The notes under the pieces were generated by a model. The model was not told where the DNA came from and made no database searches. It saw only the letters and a program-made list of their open reading frames with translations. Shown here piece by piece: positions 1-11,936 of a DNA stretch of 64,000 nt. The position numbers and the translations under genes are program-made. How positions within the stretch are numbered: position 1 is the stretch's first letter; each line of letters starts with the position of its first letter. Location of the stretch: NCBI GenBank assembly GCA_963665115.1, contig OY762007.1, forward strand, positions 6,464,001 through 6,528,000, given 5' to 3'. The DNA comes from an uncultured Rivularia sp. Lineage in GTDB: Bacteria; Cyanobacteriota; Cyanobacteriia; Cyanobacteriales; Nostocaceae.

Positions 1-1081
1 GGGCACCTGCTAATGCTAAAGCAGTATAGCCTCCGAAAGATTGTCCGATTACACCCACTTGTTCCATATTGAAACGTCCTCTGTATTCGGAATCGGAAGC
101 GGATAGAAATTCGAGGCGGTCTAAAATGTATTTTACATCCAAAGGTCGGTCAACAAATTCTCTGGGTTCTGTAACCTCGTTCGCAATTCCTCCTAACAAT
201 GCGTCTAATTGTTGAGCATTACTTCCGGGATGTTCGGGTACTGCAACTACAAAGCCGTGGGAAGCGAGAAATTCAGCTAAATAAGCGAAGCTGGTACGGT
301 CAGAACCTAATCCGTGAGAAATTACAATTACCGGACGAGGTTTTGTTGTTGTTGGTAAGTAAATATCTACAGGAAAACTGCGAATGCGAGATACATCGGT
401 GAGGGTTCTACTTTCTTTTATATAGGTAAAATTTCCTTTTCGTAGTTGTTCTGAAACAATATTACTTGAAACGGTTTTGTTATTAGCTTCTTTTAAAGAT
501 TTTTCATTGATTAGTGTAACTGTTTTTTGTGTCCGATTAATAATATTTCTTGCCCGTAATCCAATTTCTAAACTACGGAATAAATCTATTGAAATAGTTT
601 CAGAAGGAAATTTACGTAGTATATTTATAATATTAAAATTTTCAGATTTATCGGCTGCTAAAATTAATGCGGCACGAGTCCCATAAAATCCACTGCTGCG
701 ACGATACTTGTCACGAGTTGTTTGTCCGCGATTGCGGAATTCGCTTTGAACTATTTGCGAAAGATTTTCTAAAAGCGTTTCACCAATAGGCGAATATAAG
801 AATTGAGAAACTTCAACAGCCCCCAAACGAATCGGAGCAAGCAATGCTTCTCTTAATTGTCCTCTATTTTCTTCAGGCACATATTTAAAATAAGCTGCTA
901 ATTCATCATTTATTTCTCCTGTTTTGGCATAAGTTTCCAAAGAATCAACCGAAATCGACCTTTCAACTATCCCAAAAGAAAGCTTTAACCTTTCCGCACT
1001 CACAGCACGATTAGCAGTTAAAGCAGGTAGACAGGTAATAAAACAGCTTAACGCTGCATTCAGCCAAATTGATTTTCGCAT
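1..1081 (-). CDS. DUF1400-containing alpha/beta hydrolase (3' end beyond window edge)
   Basis: Not in the ORF track. Read by hand from ATG at 1081: MRKSIWLNAALSCF...AERLKLSFG...PVIVISHGLGSDR...VPEHPGS...VGVIGQSFGGYTAL (GxSxG nucleophile elbow, same frame). Confidence 0.85.
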   Translation of the reverse strand, partial: MRKSIWLNAALSCFITCLPALTANRAVSAERLKLSFGIVERSISVDSLETYAKTGEINDELAAYFKYVPEENRGQLREALLAPIRLGAVEVSQFLYSPIGETLLENLSQIVQSEFRNRGQTTRDKYRRSSGFYGTRAALILAADKSENFNIINILRKFPSETISIDLFRSLEIGLRARNIINRTQKTVTLINEKSLKEANNKTVSSNIVSEQLRKGNFTYIKESRTLTDVSRIRSFPVDIYLPTTTKPRPVIVISHGLGSDRTSFAYLAEFLASHGFVVAVPEHPGSNAQQLDALLGGIANEVTEPREFVDRPLDVKYILDRLEFLSASDSEYRGRFNMEQVGVIGQSFGGYTALALAGA

Positions 1082-1098
1082 ATGAACAGTGAGCAGTT

Positions 1099-1190
1099 AT
1101 TAAGGTTAAAGGTTAAAGGTCAAAGGTTAAAGGTTAAAGGTTAAAATTCCCCCTTGTCCCCTTGTCTCCCCATCTCCCTATCTCCCTAAC
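1099..1190. repeat. STRR-type heptamer tandem repeats (AAAGGTT, CCCTTGT, CCCATCT)
   Basis: Visible tandem heptamers. Similar arrays near 20090, 22680, 22770, 28190, 28380, 45945, 48620-48870, 49720-49790, 55390, 58190, 63910. Confidence 0.9.
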
Positions 1191-2001
1191 CCTGCCCAGA
1201 CCAGGGTTCGAGGAAGTCGGGATAAAGCGTTAGTCCGCCGTCAATGTATAAAGTTTGACCGGTGATGTAAGCTGCTTCGTCGGAACATAAAAAAGCTGTT
1301 ACCGCTGCCATTTCTTCGGAGGTACCCGCTCTACCCATTGGTATATGGCTTTCTACGTTTGCTTTTTTTTCTGGATCGTCCGTCCAAGCATCGTTGATGG
1401 GGGTTATGGTTGCACCAGGTGCGATCGCATTGACTCGAATTCCTCTTCTAGCATATTCTAGCGCTAAGGTACGAGTTAAATTTTGCATTCCGCCTTTACT
1501 AACTGAATAACTGATATATTGTGGTCTGGGTATGATTTGGTGAACGCTAGAAACGTTGATGATACTTCCACCATTACCCGCATTCAGAAACATTTTAATT
1601 GCTTCTCTGGCGCATAAATAAGCACCTTTTAAATTAACGTCAATTACTTTCTCAAATTCTTCAAATTCAATTTCGTGTGCTGCTCCAGCCGTTTGAATTC
1701 CTGCGTTATTAATTAAAATATCTAATCCGCCGAATTCTTTTTTTACTTCGGCAAACATTTCTACAATATCTGATTCCTTAGATACATCGGCTTGCACCAA
1801 TATTTCTCTACCTTCACAACCGCAACGGGCATCGGTGCAGGCTTTATAAATCAGTTTTTCGGTATCTTCGGCATCTTCAGGACTTTTTCGATAGTTAATC
1901 GCTACATTCGCGCCTTCTTGAGCAAATCTAACGGCAATTGATTGACCGATTCCCGAAGTTGCACCTGTAACTAGAACGTTTTTTCCGCTAATTCCTTTCA
2001 T
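1186..2001 (-). CDS. SDR family oxidoreductase, glucose 1-dehydrogenase-like
   Basis: TGATSGIG, NNAG, SSVH, YxxSK, IAPGAT motifs. Confidence 0.9.
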   Translation of the reverse strand: MKGISGKNVLVTGATSGIGQSIAVRFAQEGANVAINYRKSPEDAEDTEKLIYKACTDARCGCEGREILVQADVSKESDIVEMFAEVKKEFGGLDILINNAGIQTAGAAHEIEFEEFEKVIDVNLKGAYLCAREAIKMFLNAGNGGSIINVSSVHQIIPRPQYISYSVSKGGMQNLTRTLALEYARRGIRVNAIAPGATITPINDAWTDDPEKKANVESHIPMGRAGTSEEMAAVTAFLCSDEAAYITGQTLYIDGGLTLYPDFLEPWSGQG

Positions 2002-2225
2002 GAAAAAATATTGGTAATTTAGTAATACAGTGTTTCTTGGTTGAGTGTATTATATTAACGCGCTTATCCCTTCCATCTATAGTTGTAATGTAGGTGAAAA
2101 TGAACGGGGAAGAAGGAAGAGGGAACAGAAACCGTACTGATTATTTTTTCTTTATTCAAATAGTTTTCCTATATGTCCCAGGCGATCGCTTAATAGAAAA
2201 GCTCCAAACCATGAATATCCGGAAG

Positions 2226-2765
2226 TCAAAATGTAATATAAAGTCCTTTCTTTGAAACTAAAGCATCCAAAAGCATTTTTTTTAGAGTAGCTAGATCGGG
2301 TAGATTATGCAATTTTTCATTTGATAATGAATTAAGCAACTCTACATTTTGCTTTACTTTTTCTGGAGATTGAAAATAAGAGCCTTGTTTACCTGGGTTA
2401 AAATAATTTTCTGATGAAGCAAATATAGTACCTAATAATGGAGATATGTCTACATTTAGTTCTTGTAAAAGTAAATCATCAAGCTGCATCCAATCATAGC
2501 TCATCCCAATATCATCGTCGGGATTATAGTATTTGGTTATTGCAAAATCACCATACTCATTAACATCTCCTACTTCTAAAAATTCTTTCCAAGAAGAATC
2601 TAAATATTTTCCTTCATCTGGATGTTTTAGATATAGTAAGTTGTTTTCGATAAAAGCTATTAATTGATTACTTTCATTTTTTGCAATAGCGTTTTCTAAA
2701 ATTTCTGCTAATTCTTTGACAAAAGCATCGTAATCAAAGATAAAAGCTTTATGCTCCATTGTCAT
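2226..2765 (-). CDS. Hypothetical protein (probable start MTMEHKAF; upstream ORF extension runs into a repeat element)
   Basis: About 180-aa globular-looking ORF with no recognised motif. Confidence 0.65.
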   Translation of the reverse strand: MTMEHKAFIFDYDAFVKELAEILENAIAKNESNQLIAFIENNLLYLKHPDEGKYLDSSWKEFLEVGDVNEYGDFAITKYYNPDDDIGMSYDWMQLDDLLLQELNVDISPLLGTIFASSENYFNPGKQGSYFQSPEKVKQNVELLNSLSNEKLHNLPDLATLKKMLLDALVSKKGLYITF

Positions 2766-2865
2766 TTTATTAATTTCATTAACTAGGGTAAGTTCACATC
2801 TTGCACCATTTTCAACATCGCCGGAAAATTCCATTTCTTGCTCTTAAGGGAAAGTTCTATAAAAT

Positions 2866-3086
2866 TCACATCTTGCACTATTGTCACCACCGCTTTGGAA
2901 TAAATTCTCCGCAGTTGCTACAACCGAGGGAACCTCGGCAACGCACTGCTCTCCAGGCTCAAACACAAAGTCTGATTTATCAGACTGGGTAAGGTTTTAG
3001 TGCGTTTCAACGTACTTTGTATATGAGCCTCGGAATTGATTCCGAGGGTGTTTTAAAAGCAGCTTTGGAAGTGTTGCAAGATGTGA
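2866..3086. mobile_element. MITE-like element with TCACATCTTGCA terminal inverted repeats, carrying a nested 44-bp insert
   Basis: TIRs at 2866 and 3075-3086. Interior matches the reverse complement of 59065-59229. End fragments also at 2794 and 22337. Confidence 0.75.
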
Positions 3087-3163
3087 ATAAGCTCTTACAA
3101 TGCTGCGTTAGGCTGAAGCCGTAACACACCATTTCAAAATCGAGCCTTTACTACAAACAAAAC

Positions 3164-4949
3164 CTACTCTTTACTTTCTTTAGATTGATTTTGATTTGAA
3201 TTATGATTATTATTCAATAAATCAAGTATGCTTCCTTGAGGGAAAATTCCCCAACCTGGTGTCGTATAATTTTTTGGCAGATATTCTTCTGGAATTGTAA
3301 TTTGGCTACCGTCTCGCACTGCGGAATAATGTGGTGAAAGAATTTCTATTCCTGCTTCGTTACATTTATCTTGAAGATTTTGATGCAATTCTGAATAAAT
3401 ACGAGCCATTATACTCGGATTGCGAGTAAAAGCATTCAATTCGTAACTTACATAAAAGTCATCTAAACTCGTTTGCAGTACAAAAGGTTCTGGTTCGGAA
3501 AGCAGATGTGTTGTTGATTTTGCTGCGTCAACTAATACTTGATGTACTTTGCGCCAAGGTACGTCATAACCTAATGTGATGGTAGTGTGTAGGATTAACG
3601 GCGCTTGATTGGGGTCTAATTCCGCAGCGGTATAGTTAACAATTTGATTTGTAAAAACACTGGTATTAGGAAGGGTAATAATTACGTTTTTGACAGTACG
3701 CATACGGGTAACAAACAACGTTTTTTCTACTACATCACCAACAGCATCGCCGATTTTTATTCTGTCTCCAATTTGAAAAGCCCGAGTGTAAATTAAAATA
3801 ATTCCGGCGACAACGTTGGCTACTACGACGCTAGAACCCAAAGATAAAAGTAAACCTAAAAATAGCGATATTCCTTGAAATGCGGGAGAACCAAATCCCG
3901 GTAAATAAGGAAAGGCAATTACTGCTGCTAATATGACAGTTAAAAATACCGATAATTTAAAAGTAGGTTCTGCCCATTCTTGGTAAAAGCCTTGAATCGT
4001 TAAATTTCCGTTACCTATAGAGGTAAAGAAATTTCTCATTAACTTAATTAAGTAGTAAGTAATGAAAAGGATGATAGCAAGAGCAAAAAGATTCGGTAAA
4101 TAACTGAGAAATGCTTCCCAGGAGTGTTCTGCTGCTTGCAAGAAATATCTAAATACCCTCAAACTAATTTGTCTTGTCCAAGGGAAGAAGCTCATTACCA
4201 GGGGTACATATATTACAAATGCGCCCAAGGTAAATAAAAATCTTAATAATTTGAGTAAAGAAACTAATATTTGATGAATTCGGGTAGCTGTGAATAATTC
4301 AAAGTTTTGAATTCTGATTGCCCGAAATCGCGTACTTTGTAAATTATTTACTTTTCTATAAAGCCAGGGAAAGATAAAGCCAAGTAAAATTAGTGTCGCT
4401 ACAAGCAGAAACTGTTGCGATTAAGCTATTAAATATTCCTTGACGAATGTAGTCTGGACTGCGTTCAATGCGATATTGAGTTATTGTCTTTTGAATTTGT
4501 TCTTGATAGTTTCTAGCTAATTCCTGTCGGGATTGGTCGGTAGCGCGTGCATCTGCATCTGTTATAGTTAACAGTATGCGATTATCTACGGTTAAATTAG
4601 TAGTTAAAGGTTTGTCATCGATTCTAATTCGTTCTACCGCAATTGTTGTGTCTTCGGCAAGTTTAAGAATACGATTAGTTAGCGCCATAGCACGTTCTTC
4701 AGGAGAAAATGCTCCGACTCCAGCGCGAATTTTAAAAAGTTCTTCTCCTCCAAGTTCTACAGTTGCCCCTTTATTTATGGAATTAATCGCAGGGGTTTGA
4801 GTAGGTGTGGGAGCTGGTACTTGGGCGTGAGTTGGTGAAAAGGGAACAATAGTAAGTAAAAAATACAGAGTAATAGACGCAACAAAATAAAAAAATCTTT
4901 TCAAGAAAGTATTTAACTTTCTTTTTTGCGATTGCCAATAACTTTTCAT
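3164..4949 (-). CDS. mscS: MscS-family small-conductance mechanosensitive channel (frameshift at 4409-4411)
   Basis: Removing one base of the A-run joins 4356..4949 to 3164..4228. C-terminal half has AFQIGDRIKIG...TLPN...ITLGYDVPW...IEILSPHY. Confidence 0.85.
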
Positions 4950-5053
4950 TTAAGATGATAAAACTGAAGTGTCAACAATATAGTTGAATAATTATTAGTT
5001 CGCCAGTATTCGTAACGACTTTGTAATTTATAATGTCCCTATATCATAGGAAA

Positions 5054-5080
5054 GAGAGACGTAAAATTTTACGTCTCTAC
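5054..5080. repeat. REP-like palindrome, GTAGAGACG-N-CGTCTCTAC family
   Basis: Copies or variants at 5054, 8321, 12341, 22271, 31256, 44594, 53758, 53913. Confidence 0.85.
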
Positions 5081-5123
5081 ATTATTGATTATTTTGTGCG
5101 ATGGCGACGACGCAACGTTAGTA

Positions 5124-5585
5124 TTATTGGTTGAAATTAGTCGCTACACCTAAAACTGCGGTGAAATCTCTATTATCTTCAAATAATCCCAGGTTTACAC
5201 TGCCAACTGCGGTGAGACGTTTGTTGATACGATAGTCAGCACCAGTAGTTAAAACGCCACCAAACTGGGTATTCTCAGTAGTTACGCCAGCACCAGCACC
5301 GATAAACGGACGCAATCCACCATCAGTTTGACCGAAATCGTAGGTAACTGGTACGTATATTGTGGCGTGCCTGTTGCCTTCTTCAAAAAGTTTGGTTGTT
5401 GCCATTGGGCGTACTGAAAAACGGTTGTTGATCGAAAGTTTGCTTTCAAATGCTGCACCGCGATTAGAAGCACCTACACCAAAGTAGTTGAGGGGTTTTT
5501 CTTGTGCGAAAACACTCATAGGTGCGGTAACTGCAACTGTGCAAGCGAAACCAATGGAGATTAAGGAAGCAATGGAGAATTTCAT
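5124..5585 (-). CDS. Small outer-membrane beta-barrel (porin-family) protein with signal peptide
   Basis: Signal peptide ending VFA-Q, alternating beta strands, PFIGAGAG motif, C-terminal F. Confidence 0.7.
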   Translation of the reverse strand: MKFSIASLISIGFACTVAVTAPMSVFAQEKPLNYFGVGASNRGAAFESKLSINNRFSVRPMATTKLFEEGNRHATIYVPVTYDFGQTDGGLRPFIGAGAGVTTENTQFGGVLTTGADYRINKRLTAVGSVNLGLFEDNRDFTAVLGVATNFNQ

Positions 5586-6452
5586 GATTATTAACCTTCA
5601 AAAAATAGTTTTAGTTGTTTGTACCTTGTCTCTCTACATCAAAAGCAGCGATCAATAACTACTTTTATTGGCAGACAGAATCGTATTTGAATTAGGAAAA
5701 ATTTCGTACTACAATTGCATTCGTCTCGCAACAAAACTACGGACGTTTACAAGTATTAATCAAGTTAGTCCACGCAGGTAGACTTTGCTTATGTAGTTGC
5801 GGTTTAAACCGCCGGGGAAATGAAAAATGTATCGTTCTTTTGCTGTTTCAAAGCAGAAAACCTTTCTACTTAATCGCCTGGATTCACTTTTTTTAAACCG
5901 CCTTTTAACGGGTTATTGAGTTGTTAGAGATTGCTCTCTCATGTATATAGATATATCTTATCCGAAATTCACGCTGTTATTCTTATATGTCACTATCGTA
6001 ACTGGCACTTAAACGGAATTACTCCCAACGCACTCTATAATTACCTATTTCTGTTATGGAATGGGCAATAGTTTTGTAAAATTACCCGAACCCATACCCC
6101 TATTTTTTTTAAGAAATAATAGAAATCCTGTGATATCAGACTTTTCTATCTTGAGTACACAGCATAATAAGTACGAAATATTGTCATGCCTAAGAATGAG
6201 ATATTGGTACATCAGGGTTTGAAGAGGTAATGGGTAACATGAATAATCAATATTAATTTATCAAAGCGTATTAAGCTTTTAACTGCTTTTTGATAATACA
6301 TTTGAGGTCAAAACTGATAAATAAAATAAAACTTTGAATTTGCAATTGCTTTTATATATAAAACTACTAATTAATTTTTACTCCTCGTAGCTTTGCAACC
6401 AATCCCCAATGCCCAATCCCCAATTCCCTTAACCTTATTTATAGAAAAAATT

Positions 6453-9400
6453 ATGAACAAATTTGCAACAATTGATGGAAATGAAGCGGTTGCTCGGGTT
6501 GCTTACCCCTTAAATGAAGTTATTGCGATTTATCCCATCACTCCTTCTTCCTCGATGGGAGAATGGGCTGATGCTTGGGCTGCTGGGGGAAATCGCAATT
6601 TATGGGGTACTATACCGAGCGTGGTTGAGATGCAAAGTGAAGGTGGTGCTGCGGCTGCGGTGCATGGTGCTTTACAAACGGGTTCGCTGACTACTACTTT
6701 CACTGCATCTCAAGGTTTGCTGTTGATGATTCCCAACCTGTACAAAATTGCCGGGGAACTCACCAGTGCCGTTATCCATGTTGCAGCGCGTTCCCTGGCT
6801 ACTCATGCTCTCTCGATTTTTGGCGATCAAAGTGATGTAATGGCGGCTCGCGCAACGGGTTTCGCGATGTTGTGTTCGGCTTCGGTACAGGAAGCACACG
6901 ATTTTGCCCTGATTGCTCAAGCTGCGACTCTCAAAGCAAGAGTGCCATTTCTGCACTTTTTTGACGGTTTCCGCACTTCCCATGAAATTCAAAAGGTAGA
7001 ACTTTTACAAAAAGAAGATTTGGAGGCTTTAATTGATGATGAATTAGTCTTTGCCCACAGAAACCGCGCTTTAACTCCCGATAACCCAGTTTTGCGCGGT
7101 ACGGCACAAAATCCCGATGTTTATTTCCAAGCCCGCGAGCGGATTAATCCTTATTATGATGCCTGCCCTGGAATTGTCCAGCAGGTAATGGATGATTTTG
7201 GAAAACAAACTGGTAGATATTATCGGATTTTTGAATACTACGGTGCCCCAGATGCCGAGCGGGTAATAGTTTTGATGGGTTCGGGTTGTGAGACGGTACA
7301 TGAAACTATCGATTATCTCAATGCTCGCGGTGAAAAGTTAGGTGTTGTCAAAGTTAGGTTATTCCGTCCCTTTGACGCGCATCAACTGATCGAAGCTTTG
7401 CCCGATACCGTAAGAGCGATCGCCGTTTTAGATCGTACCAAGGAACCCGGTAGCGCTGGGGAAACCTTTGTATTTGGACGTTGTAACGGCAATTTATCAG
7501 AATTGGGACAAGGGGAGTTTTCCTAAAATAGTCGGTGGAAGGTATGGACTTTCTTCCAAGGAATTTACACCAGCGATGGTACTGGCTATTTACGCAAATT
7601 TAGCTAAGGAAAAACCGCAAAATAATTTTACTGTTGGTATCAATGACGACTTAACTAATACTTCTTTAAGTTACGATTCTAGTTTTTCGACAGAAGCCGA
7701 TAACGTTGTCAGGGCGATGTTTTACGGTTTGGGTTCGGATGGAACTGTCGGAGCAAATAAGAACTCTATCAAAATTATTGGTGAGGAAACAGACAATTAC
7801 GCTCAAGGCTATTTTGTCTACGACTCAAAAAAATCGGGTTCGATGACGGTTTCTCACTTGCGTTTTGGTTCTCAGTTAATTCGCTCTACATATTTAATCG
7901 ACAAAGCGAATTTTATCGGTTGTCATCAATGGACATTTTTAGAAAAAGTTGATGTACTTAAAAGTGCCGTTACTGGTGCGACATTTTTGTTAAACAGTCC
8001 CTACGATGCCGATACCGTATGGCAACATATTCCCGCTAACATACAGCAGGAAATTATTGACAAGCAGCTGAGATTTTACGTTATTAATGCCGATAAAGTT
8101 GCTCGCGACAGCGGTATGGGTAGAAGAATCAATACCATAATGCAAACCTGTTTCTTTGCTTTAGCAGGTGTTTTACCACAAGATGAAGCCATAGAAAAAA
8201 TTAAATATTCTATTAAAAAGACTTACGGTAAAAAAGGCGATAAAATCGTCGCCATGAATTTGCAAGCGGTAGATAATACCCTAGATAATTTACACAAAGT
8301 AGAAATTAACAAATCCCCATGTAGAGACGTTGCACTGCAACGTCTCCCAGAATCCCCGCTGCAAATAATAATGGCTGGAAGAGGAGACGAATTACCTGTA
8401 AGCGTATTAACTGCTGACGGAACTTTTCCCACTGGTACTTCCAAATTAGAAAAACGCAATGTAGCTCAAGAGATTCCCGTTTGGGAAGAGGATGTCTGCG
8501 TTCAGTGCGGTAAGTGCGTTATGGTTTGTCCTCATGCTGCGATTCGCGCTAAGGTTTATCAGGAAGGTGAATTGAGTAATGCTCCGGCAACTTTTAAATT
8601 TACTGATGCTAGAGATAAGGCTTTTGCCGGAGAAAAATTTACTATTCAAGTAGCGCCTTCCGACTGTACTGGATGTACCATTTGTGTCGATATTTGTCCC
8701 GCGAAAGATAAGACAAATCCCGAACGTAAAGCAATTAATATGGAATCACAGTTGCCTCTACGAGAGCAAGAAACAGAAAACTGGGATTATTTCCTTAAAT
8801 TGCCGCTGACAGATAGAAATAAACTTAAATTAAATCAAATTCGCCAGCAACAATTACAAGAACCATTATTTGAATTTTCCGGTGCTTGTGCTGGATGTGG
8901 CGAAACGCCCTACTTAAAATTACTGAGTCAATTATTTGGCGATCGCTCTATCATTGCCAACGCTACGGGATGCTCGTCTATCTTCGGTGGCAACCTGCCG
9001 ACAACACCTTGGACGAAAAATGCCGAAGGCAGAGGTCCGGCTTGGTCGAATAGTTTGTTTGAAGATAACGCGGAATTCGGTTTTGGTTTCCGGTTATCGG
9101 TTGATAAGAAAGCGGAATATGCTGCGGAGTTGTTACAAGAATTGGCATATGGGGAAGATTATAAAGGTTTACTTCCTTCTGGTTTAGCAGGGTTTATTGT
9201 AAATGCACCCCAGAAAACTGAAGCTGATATTTGGGAGCAGAGAGAAAGGATTGAGTTGTTAAAACAGAAGTTGTCAGAAAACTCCACTAATCCAAAATCC
9301 GTCTTGGAAAGTTTTGGGGGAAGAAAATCTACACCCCAAACTTTCCGCAAAATCCAAAATCTAAAATCCCTTGCTGACTATTTAGTGAGAAAGAGCGTTT

Positions 9401-10050
9401 GGATAGTTGGCGGTGATGGCTGGGCTTACGATATCGACTTTGGAGGATTGGATCACGTACTTGCCAGCGGACGTAATGTCAATGTTTTGGTAATGGACAC
9501 AGAAGTATATTCCAATACTGGCGGTCAATCATCCAAATCCACACCTAAAGCAGCAGTCGCTAAATTTGCCGCTAGCGGTAAGCCCGCAGCGAAAAAAGAC
9601 CTGGGATTGATTGCGATGACATACGGAAATATCTACGTAGCCAGCGTAGCATTAGGAGCTAAAGACGAACATACCCTGAAAGCATTTTTAGAAGCAGAAG
9701 CATACGAAGGACCATCATTAATAATTGCTTACAGCCATTGCATCGCTCACGGAATCGATATGGGTACAGCAATGAGCAATCAAAAAGCATTAGTAGAATC
9801 GGGAAGATGGTTACTTTATCGCTACAATCCCGACTTAGTTAAACAAGGTAAAAATCCCTTGCAGCTAGATATGAGAGAGCCGAAAAATTCTCCAGAAGAA
9901 TCAATGTACAAAGAAAATCGGTTCAAAATGTTGAAGAAAAGTAAACCGGAAATTGCAAAACAGTTGATGGAAGAAGCGGAATTAGAGGTAAATCAAAGAT
10001 GGAAAATGTATGAATATTTAGCAGCGAGGAAAGTTGAGAAAGAAGAATAA
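6453..10050 (+). CDS. nifJ: Pyruvate:ferredoxin/flavodoxin oxidoreductase (frameshift at 7462-7464)
   Basis: DGNEA, YPITPS, SEGGA, CxxCxxCxxxCP ferredoxin motifs, FSGACAGCGE, GGDGWAYDI. Removing one A restores AGEPLYLD. Confidence 0.95.
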
Positions 10051-10184
10051 AGAATAGTAAAAAATAAATCTTGTAGGGTGTGTTATCGCGGAGCGTAACG
10101 CACCATTTTTTAGTTAAATTTGATATATTTTTCGTGAAGCTGGGAACAATAAAAACATGAATGTTATGTACATAGAATTAAATC

Positions 10185-10589
10185 ATGTTTATACTAGTCA
10201 TTCTTTATCTCGGACTTTGTTCAGCGTCAATAGTAGTATCTCAGAGAATAGAATTTTTACTAAGCCATTTTTTAAGCAAAAATCCAGTCATTACCAATGA
10301 AGTTGTATTGAGTGAATATAAATCTACAGTACGTAAATGTATGCATTTAACACTTACTCAAATTGGAATTATAGTAGTTTCGATATGTATATGTATTGCC
10401 TTCATTTGGTATAAAGGTTTCTCTGGAGCCTTTGCAATCACTGTCTTAGGGGGTGCTTTAGGCTTTGGACAAGAAGCAGCGAAATTAGAAGAAAAAGCGA
10501 AAACGCTTGATTGTGCTAATAGCGATTTAGAACAGCAATATCAAAAAATCCTTGATACTTGGGGGAAAAAACCCCTTCCTGATTTTTGA
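10185..10589 (+). CDS. Hypothetical membrane protein
   Basis: 134 aa with about 3 hydrophobic segments. Confidence 0.65.
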   Translation: MFILVILYLGLCSASIVVSQRIEFLLSHFLSKNPVITNEVVLSEYKSTVRKCMHLTLTQIGIIVVSICICIAFIWYKGFSGAFAITVLGGALGFGQEAAKLEEKAKTLDCANSDLEQQYQKILDTWGKKPLPDF

Positions 10590-10910
10590 AACATCCTATA
10601 AATTCATTTCCCAATCATCAGGAGAAATAGCGGATTCATTAGGGTTTGCTAAATAAGCGGCTTTGTTGCATTATTTTGCGCCTTTAACCCAACCTACTAT
10701 TTATTCCGAATACTCCTTATCCATACGGGTACTCAATCCAATCTGCGATATCTATTATCATTTCCGTTAAACTGAGATATTTAATTCTCGGTTCCCAATC
10801 ATAATTTTCTAATAAATCGTCATGGTTAATTTGAATAATTGGGGCAGTTTTACGTTGCACAGAATCTCCTCGAATTACACAAATCAACTCTTCATATTGA
10901 CTTATAGTTT

Positions 10911-10989
10911 GTAGGTTGGGTTGAACGAAGTGAAACCCAACATCAACAACTGCTGCTTTTGTTGGGCTGCGTTCCTTAGCCCAACCTAC
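10911..10989. repeat. REP/REPIN-like inverted pair GTAGGTTGGG...CCCAACCTAC
   Basis: Terminal inverted repeats with internal hairpins; partial copy at about 10686-10697. Confidence 0.75.
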
Positions 10990-11017
10990 TATCTGATAAT
11001 AACTGCGACATAATAAT

Positions 11018-11359
11018 TTAAGCAACAGCAAAATCAGTATCGCTACGTACTTCTGGAGGATGAAAACCCAGAACTATATCACTTTGAGGAACACCAGAAT
11101 TAACTAAATCATTGGCAATTCCAACTTCTGTCCAATCTTCTTCAATCCAAATTTTGTTATTTTTAATCTGAATATGAATTGTGATTCCTTTGACTCGTTC
11201 TTTTTGATTCCAACCAACTTGAAACCAAATGTATTGGTTGTGTTCATCGTCAAAGGCTAAAATTGTTTCTACTTCTGGTATCGGTGGATTATTTGCTAAT
11301 TGGTCATATTGTATCAAAATATTTTTTATTAACGTGCGATAGTGAATTATTTTATCCAT
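11018..11359 (-). CDS. xisI: XisI family protein
   Basis: FDDEHNQY..W..GW, IHIQIKNNKIWIEEDWTE.GIA..L...GVP..DIVLGF. Confidence 0.9.
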   Translation of the reverse strand: MDKIIHYRTLIKNILIQYDQLANNPPIPEVETILAFDDEHNQYIWFQVGWNQKERVKGITIHIQIKNNKIWIEEDWTEVGIANDLVNSGVPQSDIVLGFHPPEVRSDTDFAVA

Positions 11360-11763
11360 TGTGTAATTACCTCATTTGCAATATCTACAATTACTAAATT
11401 CATTTTATTTTGTTTAATAATGAATTGAGTCGCTTTTCGTTGAAAAAAGTTTATATAAGTACGCTCGTTGATAGCTAAGTATAAATCATAATCAGGAACC
11501 GTTTCTGTTAATAAGTTCCGATAGATAATATACTGACCTAAAGCTCCTTCCAAATCTCGAATGAAGGATGCACCAGTAAAGCTTTTAACTTCAACTACTA
11601 TCTTTTCTCCAGAGCGCTCGGCTAAAAGTGGACGCTCTGCGGCTAAATCAGCAAATAATTTAATTTCTTCATATCTAATTGTGTAAGGGTCGGCTGTAAT
11701 GATCCACCCATCATTAATTAGAGCATTTTTTACTGCATCATGAATAATATCTTTAGATGGCAT
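11347..11763 (-). CDS. xisH: XisH family protein (PD-(D/E)XK fold)
   Basis: MPSKDIIHDAVKNAL..DGW.IT.DP, VEVKSF, ALGQY..Y; overlaps xisI. Confidence 0.9.
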   Translation of the reverse strand: MPSKDIIHDAVKNALINDGWIITADPYTIRYEEIKLFADLAAERPLLAERSGEKIVVEVKSFTGASFIRDLEGALGQYIIYRNLLTETVPDYDLYLAINERTYINFFQRKATQFIIKQNKMNLVIVDIANEVITQWIK

Positions 11764-11936
11764 TGGTTTAACGAAAAACAAATGTACTTATCTTTTGATA
11801 TTGTCTCTCACAATTGACACATCTTTGGATTAGTATCATACAGAGGTTTGTTTTGGTGCGTTAGACGAATTCTAAATTATTCGTGAAATCACAATATTGT
11901 CGTGCGTCTAACAGCACCCTACAAAAGAATAATTTC

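Noticed and set aside
2766..2992. N-terminal extension of ORF 2226..2834 and the 63-aa plus-strand ORF
   Set aside because: Both read through MITE sequence.
5940..6452. NtcA or Fur site upstream of nifJ
   Set aside because: No convincing GTA-N8-TAC or Fur box found by eye.
7460..7470. Programmed ribosomal frameshifting in nifJ or the trp genes
   Set aside because: No slippery heptamers; the same lesion type occurs in nine unrelated genes, pointing to sequencing error.
10717..11031. 104-aa ORF as an intact gene
   Set aside because: Its N-terminal half is read through a REP pair; at most a 3' gene fragment.
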